Positions 23,649 to 35,231 of a stretch of DNA of 39,166 nucleotides are shown here, one piece after another. The DNA is from Cercozoa sp. M6MM (Eukaryota; Protista; Endomyxa: Ascetosporea). Each line of letters starts with the position of its first letter. The stretch's first letter is position 1. Position numbers and translations under genes: made by a program. The stretch is taken from NCBI GenBank assembly GCA_040357565.1, contig JBDODJ010000106.1. The stretch is one strand, 5' to 3'. The notes beneath the pieces are model-generated. The model did no database searches, was not told the DNA's origin, and was given only the letters and a program-made list of their open reading frames with translations.

Positions 23649-26600
23649 ATGTTTCGACTCAACCAAGTAGAGCTCTGGGAGCAGTTTAAGCACTCGGTCC
23701 GGCAGGAGTGCCCTTCACCGCCTCCAAAGTATCGTCGTGTACTTTCTGCCACGCGCTGTGTCGTGAAACAAGACGCAACTCGAAGCGAAGCACATCAAAG
23801 CGAAGTACCTCTTGAAATGCCTCAAAATGAAGCACCTCAAATAGAAGCGCATCAAATCGAGACGTTTCAAAACGAGACGCCTCAAAACGAGACGCCTCAA
23901 AACGAACCGCTTCAAAACGAAGCGCCTCCAGGCGAAACGCGCCTAAGGAAAGTTCAAATCAACCGTGAAAGTGACAAGAACATTTTGAGTCGCTCGAAGC
24001 ACGAGAATACGGCTTTTGAAATCGATTTTGCTCTGCCTGTGTCACCGCGAAAACCCAGCATCGTTTCACAATCTCCTGTGGTCTGTTCGAAACCGACAAC
24101 GAAAGGCACCAAAACAACGTCTTCGAACAACAAGAAACTCAATGTGTTCATTCTGTACAAAGTTTCGAACGTACAGTTCGTCCCTTTGGTATCTTCATTT
24201 GCTCTGATTAACTTGACTGAAGTACCGAAAGGTTGTTTTTCCTGTAGAAACAAGCGAAAGTATTCGAAAGGAATCTCAAACGGCTCGGTAAGCCTTGCTT
24301 TTTAACTTAACTGAGATAGCCCTGCAGCCAGTTGTTTCCACAGGCGCTGTTGTGCAACCTATTCGTCGACTGCAGAACGCAAACAAACTCGTGGAAACTG
24401 ACGTTTTGCTGGTCGGCAGTGACAAACTCAGTTCCTATGAGCATGCCATGGCACTCAAACTTGTCGCTGGCGATGCTTCCAAACTCACGGCCGCATTTTT
24501 CGCTATCGAATGCGCCGAACACAAAGTAAACTCAACCTCAAGAATCACATGCTTTTGATTTTGAGTTGTGTAAACAGAAACTGCTAGATCCATCGCACCC
24601 TCGTTTTCGCCCACGATTCGAACGCCCTAAAGAACAAGTGTACGATTTTACTTCTTTGTGGTATTTCTTTAAACAACAATTAACATGCGCAGTGAAGAGC
24701 GAACACGCCGCAAGCAGAAAATGAAACGACTGACACTCGAGGTATCAAAAGATTCTTGACATTGTTAAAAGCAGTATATTTGACGTTGCGCAGAAAGCTC
24801 TCGTGTGTCAGAAGTTCAACGACGGTTCATATCGCTGCCGCAATCAGCAACTGGTCGATGTGTTCGACGAGATGAGTATCACCTGTTTCTTGCGTTTTGT
24901 GCATCCGCGCGGATGATTGATCTGTCCGCAGGTCTGCTGTACGAGGTTCGCAATGAAGACAAAGACGTCTGGCGCTCAAACACATGCAAAAAAGTTGCTG
25001 GAATCCTGCGACGGTGCTGTGATTTGTTTTGTGTGAGCAAACAAGCGTGTTTGCGAACAAAGTTGTTTGCGTAGTTACCCGCGGAAAATAAAACTTCAGC
25101 GCAATAACGGCGGTGAAATCAATTTTGTTTTGCAGTTGGACATTTTTGAGGCCATATTTTGTGACAGATGACGATTTCCAGCGATTGCGCAAGATTCGCG
25201 GCATAAGCGGCGAAACGATAAAAAAGGTGAAAAAACTTGAGCTTTCTGTGGATTCATTGTTTCCTTTCAGTTTCAGTGATGTGTATTTAGATCAAAGAGA
25301 TACTGGAGACAGGATCGCACTTGAAACTGGAAACTTTGCGCAGCTCGAAAGAACTGCGACAGCGTCGCGAGGTGCGGTTTTTCTGAATTAATAAAATCAA
25401 GATCACCTTTTAGCTGTGTTGGATTTATGCGAGTGCAGTTGTTGGGAATCTGGGGAGTGGGACCGTCGACAGCACGAAAGTGGCAGTCGCAAGGCATCCG
25501 TTCCATCGGCGATGTGCGAAAACAGCATTCGAAAGGAAAGCTTAAGTTGTCTCGCATGCAGCAGGTGTGCTTTGATACTTTCTCATTTGCCTTCTGGCCC
25601 TTTAACCCTTTACCACTCCCCTGTTGGTAGATCGGAGTGCAGCACTACGAAGACATGCAAAAGAAGATTCCGCGCTGCGAAATCGACGCGTTTCGCGCCA
25701 TTGTGGAACGCCAGGTTCAGCGCCTGTGCCCGGGTGCCATCGTGGTCGTGTGTGGAAGCTACCGGTACTACCTTTGTCCATTTGTACCGTAAAAACTTAA
25801 ATGCATCTTTAAACTGTATATTTGGACCGTAAATTTGGACTGTATGTATATATTGATCTGTAGACGAGGGAAGCCATCGAGTGGCGACATGGACTTTCTG
25901 ATTACGCATCCGAATCCAGAGGCACTGTTCGCGCACTATCCGCAAGAGGACACTTCCGACATTTTGGGACACTCGCGTGGTGTTAATAGCGGCGGTCTCA
26001 AAGGTACCCCCAGAGGAGGCGGAAGGGAGGAAAGTTGAGTCACATGGTTTTAATTCTAGAGATCCAAGGCGTGTCCCTCTTGTATCGCATCGTGCGCGCC
26101 CTGTCGCCGTCGGTTTTGAGTGGGCACATTCTGTCCTCGGACAAGTTCGACTTGAATGACGTGCAGCAGGTCCACGAATACCTCGACGATGATCATGTGC
26201 CGCACTGGACCTACATGGGCATGGCGAAACTTCCGCGGCAAAGCTTTGAGCAACTTCGAAAACTGCATCCTCGCATGGTCCCGATTTTCGCTTTGCTTCG
26301 AAATTAAAGCTTTGTTTCGAAACTTAATTTTGTTTGAAATTGTTTCGCAATATTGAAAACTTGCAGAAACTGGAACATCGCTTTCGCCGCTTCGACATGA
26401 AGGTTTACGAACCGTCGGTCTTTCCTTTCGCTCTGCTTTACTTCACCGGCTCTGATCACTGTACCGCTTTGTCATTTGCACACATCGTTTTCGCTTCTTA
26501 TCTTGAGAGTGCGACAGTCAATCGAAGCATGCGATACTTTGCCAAGAGGCAACTCAACATGAGTATGAGGTATAAATTCGTCTTGTTTGATTAAAGTGGG

Positions 26601-27293
26601 TGTATCAAATTGTTTGTAGCGATAAGGGCCTCTATCACGCCATTCGCAACAGCAAGCGCGATCGCATTGCCCGCGGCAAGTCTGTAAGTTTCGCTTTGTT
26701 TCGATTTTTTCGCTTTGTTCAACATATTCGCTTTACTTCGAAGTATGTGCTTTGTTCGCGAAACAGGTGGTGTGCAAGTCGGAACGTGCGATCTTTGAAG
26801 TGCTTGGACTCGACTACGTGCCACCTCGATGTATTGCTTGCTTTTGATCTTTGTTATTTTGCGTATGTGTGCTTGTGTGCTTTCAAAGCGAGGAACGCGT
26901 ATGACTCGTGGAGCAGCGAAGGCGGCGCGTCGAATCTGATGCGCTTCGACAGCGAGATGCAGCACGTGTTTCAACTGCAGCACGACAGCAACCAGAACAA
27001 CGGCAACACCAGCGACGCCAACGATGAAAGCAGCAGCAGCGACAGTGCTTTCGGCGGAAGCGATGACGATTATGGCGTTTCTGATGTACCTTTTGCTTTG
27101 ACTTGCTTTGAGTTGAGTTGCTTTGAGTGAGTTGCTTTGAGTTGAGTTGCTTCGAGTTGAGTTGTTTTGAGTTGCCTTGGTTGAGTTGAGTTGAGTCGCC
27201 GTATCTGAGTGTTGGCAGGGCGAGTGGGAGCGTTTCGAGGTGTTCGCCGATGTGATTTCGGACCAGCACGAGGCCAATAAGAACTCGAGTTGA
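23649..27293 (+). CDS. POLL: X-family DNA polymerase, lambda-like, multi-exon, with long N-terminal extension (possible BRCT) and acidic tail
   Basis: IRGISGETIKK-IKEILETG (8-kDa lyase domain), IWGVGPSTARKW (HhH), CGSYR-RGKPSSGDMDFLITHP, RRFDMKV, ALLYFTGSDHF-NRSMR, and IFEVLGLDYVPP. All three catalytic Asp residues are present. Confidence 0.9.
27095..27196. repeat. Degenerate (GAGTT/GCTTT)n pentamer repeat in the last Pol X intron
   Basis: Direct reading. Confidence 0.8.
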
Positions 27294-27574
27294 GTCAGGT
27301 CGACTGACCCCTGTCCTGCCGTCCATTTGCATGTTCAATTTGCACACGTTCAACTGAGATTCAGGCGCGTTCTGTTATTTAGTACTGTAAGTCTTTTCGG
27401 TCCTGGTCGAGCAGGCGGGCATTCGGACCAAAGAAAGCCAGAACGATAGCCACTCGATCCCCAATTGTGTGATTGAGGCCGTTTTTAGTGACATAACAGT
27501 GTGCACGCAAGTCTGTGCAGTGTCTGCACAGCTTAGCACCTGTTATTAGTGTCCCTTGTCGCAGTTCATGAAAG

Positions 27575-29480
27575 ATGGGTGTGTTGTCGTACGTTGTTCG
27601 TGTCGGTGAGTGCATAGGCACCTATGGTGTTCTCGCACTCGGACCAGGTACACCTCAATATAGTGAACTTTCGAATTGACTTGCATTTATGCTAGTGTTG
27701 TAGTCCTGGTGATCGCGGCGCAAGTGTTAATCTGGACCATAGCCGTAGTGTTTTTTGTGCGATGTATCTGTGTGTATGTATGTATGTGGGTGTGTAGTAC
27801 GTGTACTTTGTGGACCTGCATGACGGCATGTTGCAACACTACGGCAAGACAGTTCTGTTGATGTTGTATCTGCCAGCTGCCTGGGCCACCTTCAACATGC
27901 TCTTCAATCATGGTAGCACAATTGCGCGAAATGCACAAGTCAATCACTTGGCTGTGGCACAGTGATGTGCGTCTTGACACCAGCTGGAGAGTCTCCGGCT
28001 GCTTCTGAGTACTCGCGCGATGTAACCACACTCACTCCCTTTTAACCCCTCCTTCACCCCACCCCTACCTCCCCCGCCCAGGATGACACTCAGGAGACCA
28101 ACAATCTCCTCGATGATCAAGAGAACGATGATCAAGAGAACGTCGCCATCAACATCCCTCCTCACCAAGCAGGCAAAGATCCCAGTGATCTCGATTTCGG
28201 GTACTTTTCCGTTTTTCCATATCCGCGCGGACACGATTTTCTTCCGCGCGGACAGATTTTAGTATTTTCCACACCCGCGCGGACAGATTTTTTGTTTTTG
28301 TTTTTGTATTTCCCACATCCGCGCGGACGTTGTAGTAACACAAACCCGTCGCTGGTGCAATTGCGCGCTGATCCGTGTCGCGACGACGGTTTCGGGGGTG
28401 TTCGACACTGCCACAAATGTCAAAAGTACCGACCGCCTGTGATCTCGGTTGTAGCCGGACTTGTAGCCAGACTTGTGTCACTCGGTGTGTGCGCAGACCA
28501 AAGCCGTGGCGATCGCACCACTGCTCGATCTGCGGAAAGTGCGTGCTCCGCATGGACCATCACTGCCCGTGGATGGGCCGATGTGTTGGTGCGTTTCTTT
28601 AATGTTTCTGTTGATTTGGACCGGTGTGTGTCTATTTGGACTGGTGTTACGACTGGGTACTGTACACAGGTTACCGAAACCATGGCTATTTCCTGCTCTT
28701 CTTGATTTATTTGTGGCTTGGGTGCGCTCTGTTCGCGGCCACCACGATGCCTGTGCTATTGCGGTAAGTGTCAGTTAAGGGGACCGAATCAAGGACTTAA
28801 GGGTGTGCAGAAGCAAACATGACACGACCTGGCGCTGGCGCAATCTGCTAGACCCGCCGTCACACGTGACTGCATTGCAGCACTTTGCTCTGACTATGTG
28901 CTTCACCATCGGCGTCGTTATGCTTATGTTTGCTGGCTGGCACTGCTACCTGGTACGTATACCGTGTCCTTTAACTTTCTTTCTTCAGTTCTTCAACTCT
29001 GTTTAACTGGTAGGCTGCTCGCAATCTGACCACTATCGATTACATGGTACTTTTAGATTGAACAATCTTGTTTGCAACTGATGCCTTTTGTAGATCCAGT
29101 CAGACCCCGAATTTGTCTGGAGAGAACGAGCGTTAGGATTCGTCAATCCAGTATGCTTAGTTGGACTCCAGTTTGTGTTCTGATGTCTGTGTGATGACGC
29201 TTTAGTTCGATTTGGGCGTTCGTGAGAATTGGGCTCAGTTGTTCCGGACTCGGTATTTGTCTCACCATCAAAATAATCAAGAGTTTTGCTATGATTTCCT
29301 TGTGTTAGCTCACTCTGGAAGTGGCTACTGCCTCGTGTGCATCGCTTCCAGCCCGGTGCAGGTCTCGTCTTCCCTGTCCGCGCGGAAGTTACTGAATACC
29401 AGCGACACCAACGGCACGAGGCCCTCGATTATTTGGAAGACAGACTAAGCGAAATCGATGCGAGCGATGTGCCAGTGTGA
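27575..29480 (+). CDS. DHHC palmitoyl acyltransferase, multi-exon
   Basis: CHKCQK...[71 protein letters not shown] and WLLP. Four TM segments. Stop at 29478-29480. Confidence 0.92.
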
Positions 29481-29828
29481 TCACAGAATCTGTCTTGTGC
29501 GGTGAGCGACACATCCAAACTGAATGAAAATGGATCTTGGACCGAAACATGATCGGAATTAACTAACGTAATGCAATTGCAACTGACATGACAGCGCAGT
29601 CCTGAACTGCGCTGAAATCAGTAGGCGAGGCTGGGGAGTTTAAGGTCCGGTAGGTACTGTACGTACACTCGTACTGTAACGTACAGTATAGGACTCGTTT
29701 CAGGCACGTCAGTTGAATTGAAATATCGTGAATTGAATCAGATAACTCTACACTCGAACTCTCGCGTCGGCTCGACCAATTATATTGGGGATCGGACAGA
29801 CTGTCCATGAGACAGCGCAGGGAGCGAG

Positions 29829-31229
29829 CTACATCGTGGCGTGTTTGAGCATGTGACGCGTGGAAGCTCGACTCGCGATAGAATCTGAACAAAAGACCCT
29901 CAAAGCAAGTAATACAGCGAAAGTTGGTTTACCAGTCTCATGCTCGAAATCGTCGACGTATTCGCACTCTTCAGCTTCGACAAAGTTAATGTAATCCTCT
30001 TTGAACATTTCGTCTTCTGTTCCCTCGCTTTGTCCTTCTTCTTCTATGCTTGAGATCAAAGAGAAGTCGAAAGCAAGCAAAGCACACTGCAGTACCTTCG
30101 TAGTGCACGTCATCGACGGGCGCAACCGATCGCACCACTTCTTCCTTTTCTACAGCAAGAGATTGTGAACATCAAAACACCAAGCATAAACGAAAGCAGT
30201 ACGTGTAACACGGCTCGAAGCGAAACCGAACAACTCAAGCCAAGTTTGCTACAATTCGAAACCAACTCAAAAAAAAAAAAATCGCGGAAGAAACGGCGGA
30301 AGCTCGAAACTACCGGTTCTGGGGTGACCACGCGGTCATCGCTTCGAAGTGAGTTTGCCCATGCAACTCCTTTAATCAAAATAAAGTACACTTGTACCAC
30401 ACACAAAACAAACAAAAGCATTTTACTCGTGTTGCGAGCGGCGTTGTGCGTTGAATCACTCAGTTTCTTCAAATCGTCCGCACCCTTAACAAAGCAAAAA
30501 CTGAGGTCCAGACTGACTTCAAATTCGACCAACTGTATGTACCATCAAAGCTTTCAGTGCTTCCGAAGAGTCAGCACTCGCCAAAAGATCCAAAACGTGA
30601 CACAAGCCTGAGAAAAACAAAGCGATCAGTGATCACTTTTGTGAACATGTTTGCAAAAAACGCACAAGCTCGAATCAAAGGCGACAGTGCCTGCTGACGC
30701 AGTTTCTTTAAAACCGGCGAAGTGAAAACCGGCACTGTACACAGCACTGTTTTGACCAGTTTGTTTTTATTGGTGTCCAAAAGAAAAAACCTGCAGCGCA
30801 CTTCCAGACGAGTTGCGTGGATTCTACATTTTCTCGTATTTTCCCACGTTCAGAAATACAAACGAAGAATACCAAGTGGCGTCGGAACGAGTAGAGCCAG
30901 AAGAACTACGCTGCGAAGTCCTCCGGCGAAAGGAATCCTAAAACCCACATTTCGTTTCGGTATTTTATCTGGGGAAAATACAAAAAAAAAAGATACCCAA
31001 CGGAATCGAGCAGATCGAGACAGAAGTGGCCCAGGAAAACAATCGTCCAGAACTTTATGACCTTTGTGAAGTTCTGCAGCGATCGGGCGCGCACCGTAAA
31101 CAACACTCCTAAACCGTCAAAACACACACGATCGCACCTTCACTCGTCACTGAGCACGTGGCAAAAGGGAACCCAACCATGAGCAACGCACAGCACGAGC
31201 AAAACCACGTGCACTAGCCACAGAAACAT
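29829..31229 (-). CDS. Divergent TB2/DP1/HVA22 (REEP)-like membrane protein with acidic C-terminal region, multi-exon (3' end tentative)
   Basis: Spliced MFLWLVHVVLLVLCVAHG-VLFTVRARSLQNFTKVIKFWTIVFLGHFCLDLLDSVG-IPFAGGLRSVVLLALLVPTPLE-STQLVWKCAAV-PVF follows the REEP spacing (YW / IPFY / LxxP / LY / PxF) with low identity. Confidence 0.5.
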
Positions 31230-31508
31230 GCTTTCGTAAATACTTCAATCGCACTCAAGCACCTTCTGTGTCTAACTACGCGCGATTGGGGCAAACATAC
31301 CTTTATGGCTACAGACCAGATTTTCAGGCTGCGCCAGACGCTCTTTGTGTCTTGTTTCGCAGATCTAACTATTTTAGGCGGCACTCATTGGTGCACTTAA
31401 CTTTTTATAGTGCAATATGTCGAGTTTAAAGTTTGCGAGACGCACGCAAAAAATGATCATATTTTGTGATTCGGAGAAGGTTTGAGCAGCGAGTGAAAAA
31501 GAAAAAGC

Positions 31509-33634
31509 ATGTGGTCTCGTCGACTCGCTGCCACTGCGCTGGGTCTGACAGGTATGCAACTTTTGAGCCGCTTTTTGTATCGGTTAACTCGTATCTTTTC
31601 TTGTTTAGGTGCTGTCACGGCCTTTGACTGGCATGCCGAACATGTTCTCTCGTATGACAGTACCTTTTTGAACTTGCTCGTCCAGTAGTATGTCAAATTT
31701 ACAATGTAGACGAAGTTGGCGCACGATCTGGACGGGATTTCACATCTTGTACAACTACAAGGTGTGGTACAAGCGTCCTGGCGCTGATCCAAGTGGTAGT
31801 TGCACCCCCTAAACTCACTGCAGTTGGGGCAGTTTGTTCTTTTGACAGAGGTGAACAAAGACACGGCACAGAGAATTGTAAACGCACTTGAGAAGGTCCG
31901 TTTTGCTATGTTTGACAACGCAAAAGAAGAGATCACTTTGTTAGGGGGAGATGTTTATGAGCAGAATGGCGGCATCTACATCAAGTTCGGCCAGGCGTTG
32001 TCTTCGTTCCGTCGAGCATTGCCGACCGAGTTTAAGAACGAACTGGCGCGTCTGCAGGTACCCAGAGCTTTATCTATTCTTTGTTTTGTTACTTTGGTAT
32101 GTCAAAGGACGACGTGGCGCACGCTGAGTGGTCGCGTATCGAGAAACTGATCACGGAGGAGTTTGGCAAACAGTAAGTTTATTTTAAAAGCCTTTCTGTT
32201 TTATGTGCCGGGTGTACAAAACATGTGTCTCCCGCAGTCCTGACGAGGTGTTTCTGGATTTCGAGCGAACGCCTGTGGCCAGTGCGTCGATCGCACAGGT
32301 GCACAGGGCGCGTCGTCGAGACACGGGCGAGGTGGCGTGTCTTTGAGATTTGAGGATAATGATCCTGCTTATCGTGACTGTAAATTTACTGTGTTTTGCT
32401 ATTTAGGTCGTGGCGGTGAAAGTGCAAAAGCCGAACATTGCGACACAAATGCCGTAAGTTTGACTACAATTCAGATGGCTCGATTTGTGTACAGTATCTA
32501 GAGAAAAGAGTTGTACAATGAGCGTTTTGAACTCTGAAATAATAAAGCTGGCTTGAATGGACGTGTGGTGCAGTTGGGACCTCTGGATCTACTCAATCGT
32601 AGCCTATGCGCTGGAAGAGGCCTTCCAACTACCTTTAACGTACTTTGAGGCTTTCATATTTTTGTATTTTGCTCAGTCTGTCACAATTCAAGCTGTTGTG
32701 TGGATTGCCGGCAGGTGGAACGTGGACTTTGCCAGTCGGCAGTTTTTGCTGGAGAGTGATTTCCTCAATGAGGCCAGAAACGGCGAGTTGGCGCGTGAAC
32801 AGTTCAACGAACCGTCGTTTCGCATGTAGCCAGTTTTGCGTTCTGAAATAAATCTTTCTTGTTACAGCTGATGCAGGCACAAGGAAGTGCACGTTCCCGT
32901 CGTGCATCATGATGTACCGTCTGTGTACAGTTTCAAACAAAGTGTGGATGCGACTTTTTCAAACAGCTGACGACCCGGCGAGTGCTGACTTGCGAATGGA
33001 TCGATGGCATGTACAGTTGCTTTCGCGGTGTGCGTCCTTAATGTGCTCCTTGTATGATTGAGGTGTGTCTGTAGCAAGCTGCTGGATCAGGAGCAGATTC
33101 GCGAGGCAGGCTACGACGAAGCCAAGGTGATGCGCACCGTCGTGGAGACGTTCGCGCATCAGATTTTCGAGACTGGGCACGTGCACTGCGATCCGCACCC
33201 TGTGCTCTTGCATCTACCTTATTTGTGCCTGTTATTTGTACTGTACATAAATATAATTTAGTTGTTTTGACACTATATTATATCAAATTAACTACGATGT
33301 ATCTTATATATATATATATATATATATTGTGTGTGTGAATGTGTTATGCATATTATTTGACAGGGAAACATCCTGGTCCGCAAGGTGAACGGTAAGCCCG
33401 AAATCGTGCTGATTGACCACGGTCTCTACGTCTCTCTGGTGCACAAAACTGATGGATGCTTTGTTCACTCAGTCAGTCATTCAATGTGGTTTTTTAATAG
33501 TCTGAGCCACTGCGCAAGGCGAATGCGCAATTGTGGACGGTGCGAGCGTTCTGCTGAGTGAACCGGTGTGAACTAAGGCACTGTGTGCAGGCAGCTTTCA
33601 CGGGCGATGTCCAGACACTGCGGCGTGTTGTTGG

Positions 33635-33687
<53 letters not shown>

Positions 33688-34894
33688 ATAATTATAAATC
33701 TATTTCTCGAGTAAAATGTATTGCGAGATTGCTGCTGCAGAGAGTTGGGGAGTCGGCGACTCGGACGCGTTTGTGTCGGCGCTGCTGATGCGCGACGTGC
33801 GCTCCAATGGCCAAGGTGCACTTTCTGTCTTCTTCAGTTGATAATACGTATGATGTTTTTTATTTACAGTATTTATGGATCCATTTTATTCCCACGAATA
33901 CGGTGTTATATTTATATTTTAGTTATTTATTTATATATGTATGTGTATAGTATAGAGCATACAGTTAATGTCTATATATATATTTATTTATTTGAATGTT
34001 TTATATATATTTTTCTATATATATATATATATATATAAATAGATATTGAAATACGTGTACGTAAACACAGGTCAGCCGGTGCACCTGCAGAAGGAGATTA
34101 GTCGGCGCGACATGGCGCGTCGCATGCATCGCAACAGTAACCTTTTTAACCCCCAGGTTACCCTCCACCCCCCCCCCCCCCCCTGTACCCTCGTAGAGCA
34201 AGGCGAGATGTCGCACGACACGGTCAGAAACATCCTGGCGGACGCGCAGCTGATGCCGAACGAAGTGCCGTTCGTCATGCGGAATCTGGCCTACGTGCAG
34301 GCACTCAACATCAACATGGGCAGTCCGGTAGCGCCTTTTTGTCTCTCTCCTAGGGGTATTACACTGGGGGGTATTACACTGGGGGGGGGTATTACACTCT
34401 TTCTGTGTGTGTACAGATCGATCGAGCGAGAGTACTGGCCTACTATGCTGCACGCGGTGCGCATGGTACTCTATCTGTTCTTACCCCNNNNNNNNNNNNN
34501 NNNNNNNNNNNNNNNNNNNNNNNNNNNNNNNNNNNNNNNNNNNNNNNNNNNNNNNNNNNNNNNNNNNNNNNNNNNNNNNNNNNNNNNCCCCCCCCCCCCC
34601 CCGTGCCCCAGCCGAGTCGCCGTGGTCGCGTTTCATTGCCGAACAACGCTTCCGTTTCATGGTGAGGCAAAGCTCTATCTGTATGCTTGGCTACGGTGTT
34701 TTATTTAAGGGAGCTTTCTCTGTGTCTGCAGCTCTGGTGGCTACAACTCGCGTTTGCGTGGCGACGCCGCACCAGCAAACACCGTAGGTTGTGGTCTACA
34801 CCCCCCCCCCTGAGTTATTGTTTTGACTGTGACAGCCGTCATGTCGGAGCAAGAGATGATGCAGAAGATTGCCGACGAAGTTCAGGTCGTCTAA
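31509..34894 (+). CDS. ADCK1: ABC1/UbiB atypical kinase (ADCK1/ADCK5/Mcp2-like), mitochondrial-type, about 20 exons
   Basis: QNGGIYIKFGQ (KxGQ), PVASASIAQVHRA, VAVKVQKP, ESDFLNEARN, VLTCEWIDG, HVHCDPHP-GNILV, LIDHGLY. N-terminus MWSRRLAATALGL. Subfamily assignment is approximate. Confidence 0.88.
33634..34045. repeat. (TA)n microsatellites and very AT-rich introns of the ABC1 kinase gene
   Basis: Direct reading. Similar (TA)n runs occur at about 22363-22385, 33305-33327 and 36079-36096. Confidence 0.85.
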
Positions 34895-35231
34895 ATAATC
34901 GACTCTCTCTCTGCGACCGACGATTGACTGATGTTGTATTAATTTATTGTAGTTGCGGTATGCAGCGTACTGTACATAGATGGCAGCCTGCGAGTGTGTC
35001 ATGATTCTAGCTCAGAGAAATGCCTTCAATATCTAACTTAGCCGCTCGGCTGGCTGATGTCGTGTGTGCAATGGATGAATACAGACCGTTTTTTGCAAAG
35101 ATGTACTTAGCTGCGCAGCGTTTTCCGCGGTAATTGCCTAACCGCAGTCACCTTTTGTTGTCGCCGTAATAAGCCAGTAGGTGGTAGATATTATTGGCAA
35201 GAAAGGCTTAAAAAGAATCCAGTCAGAGCAC

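Noticed and set aside
28201-28336. CRISPR-like array (palindromic repeat with spacers)
   Set aside because: The repeat is only about 10-14 bp, the spacers are unequal, low-complexity and partly similar to each other, it lies inside a spliceosomal intron, and there are no cas genes.
14632-28516. HIP1 octamer GCGATCGC occurrences
   Set aside because: I noticed only about three copies, too few in a CG-rich sequence to claim enrichment.
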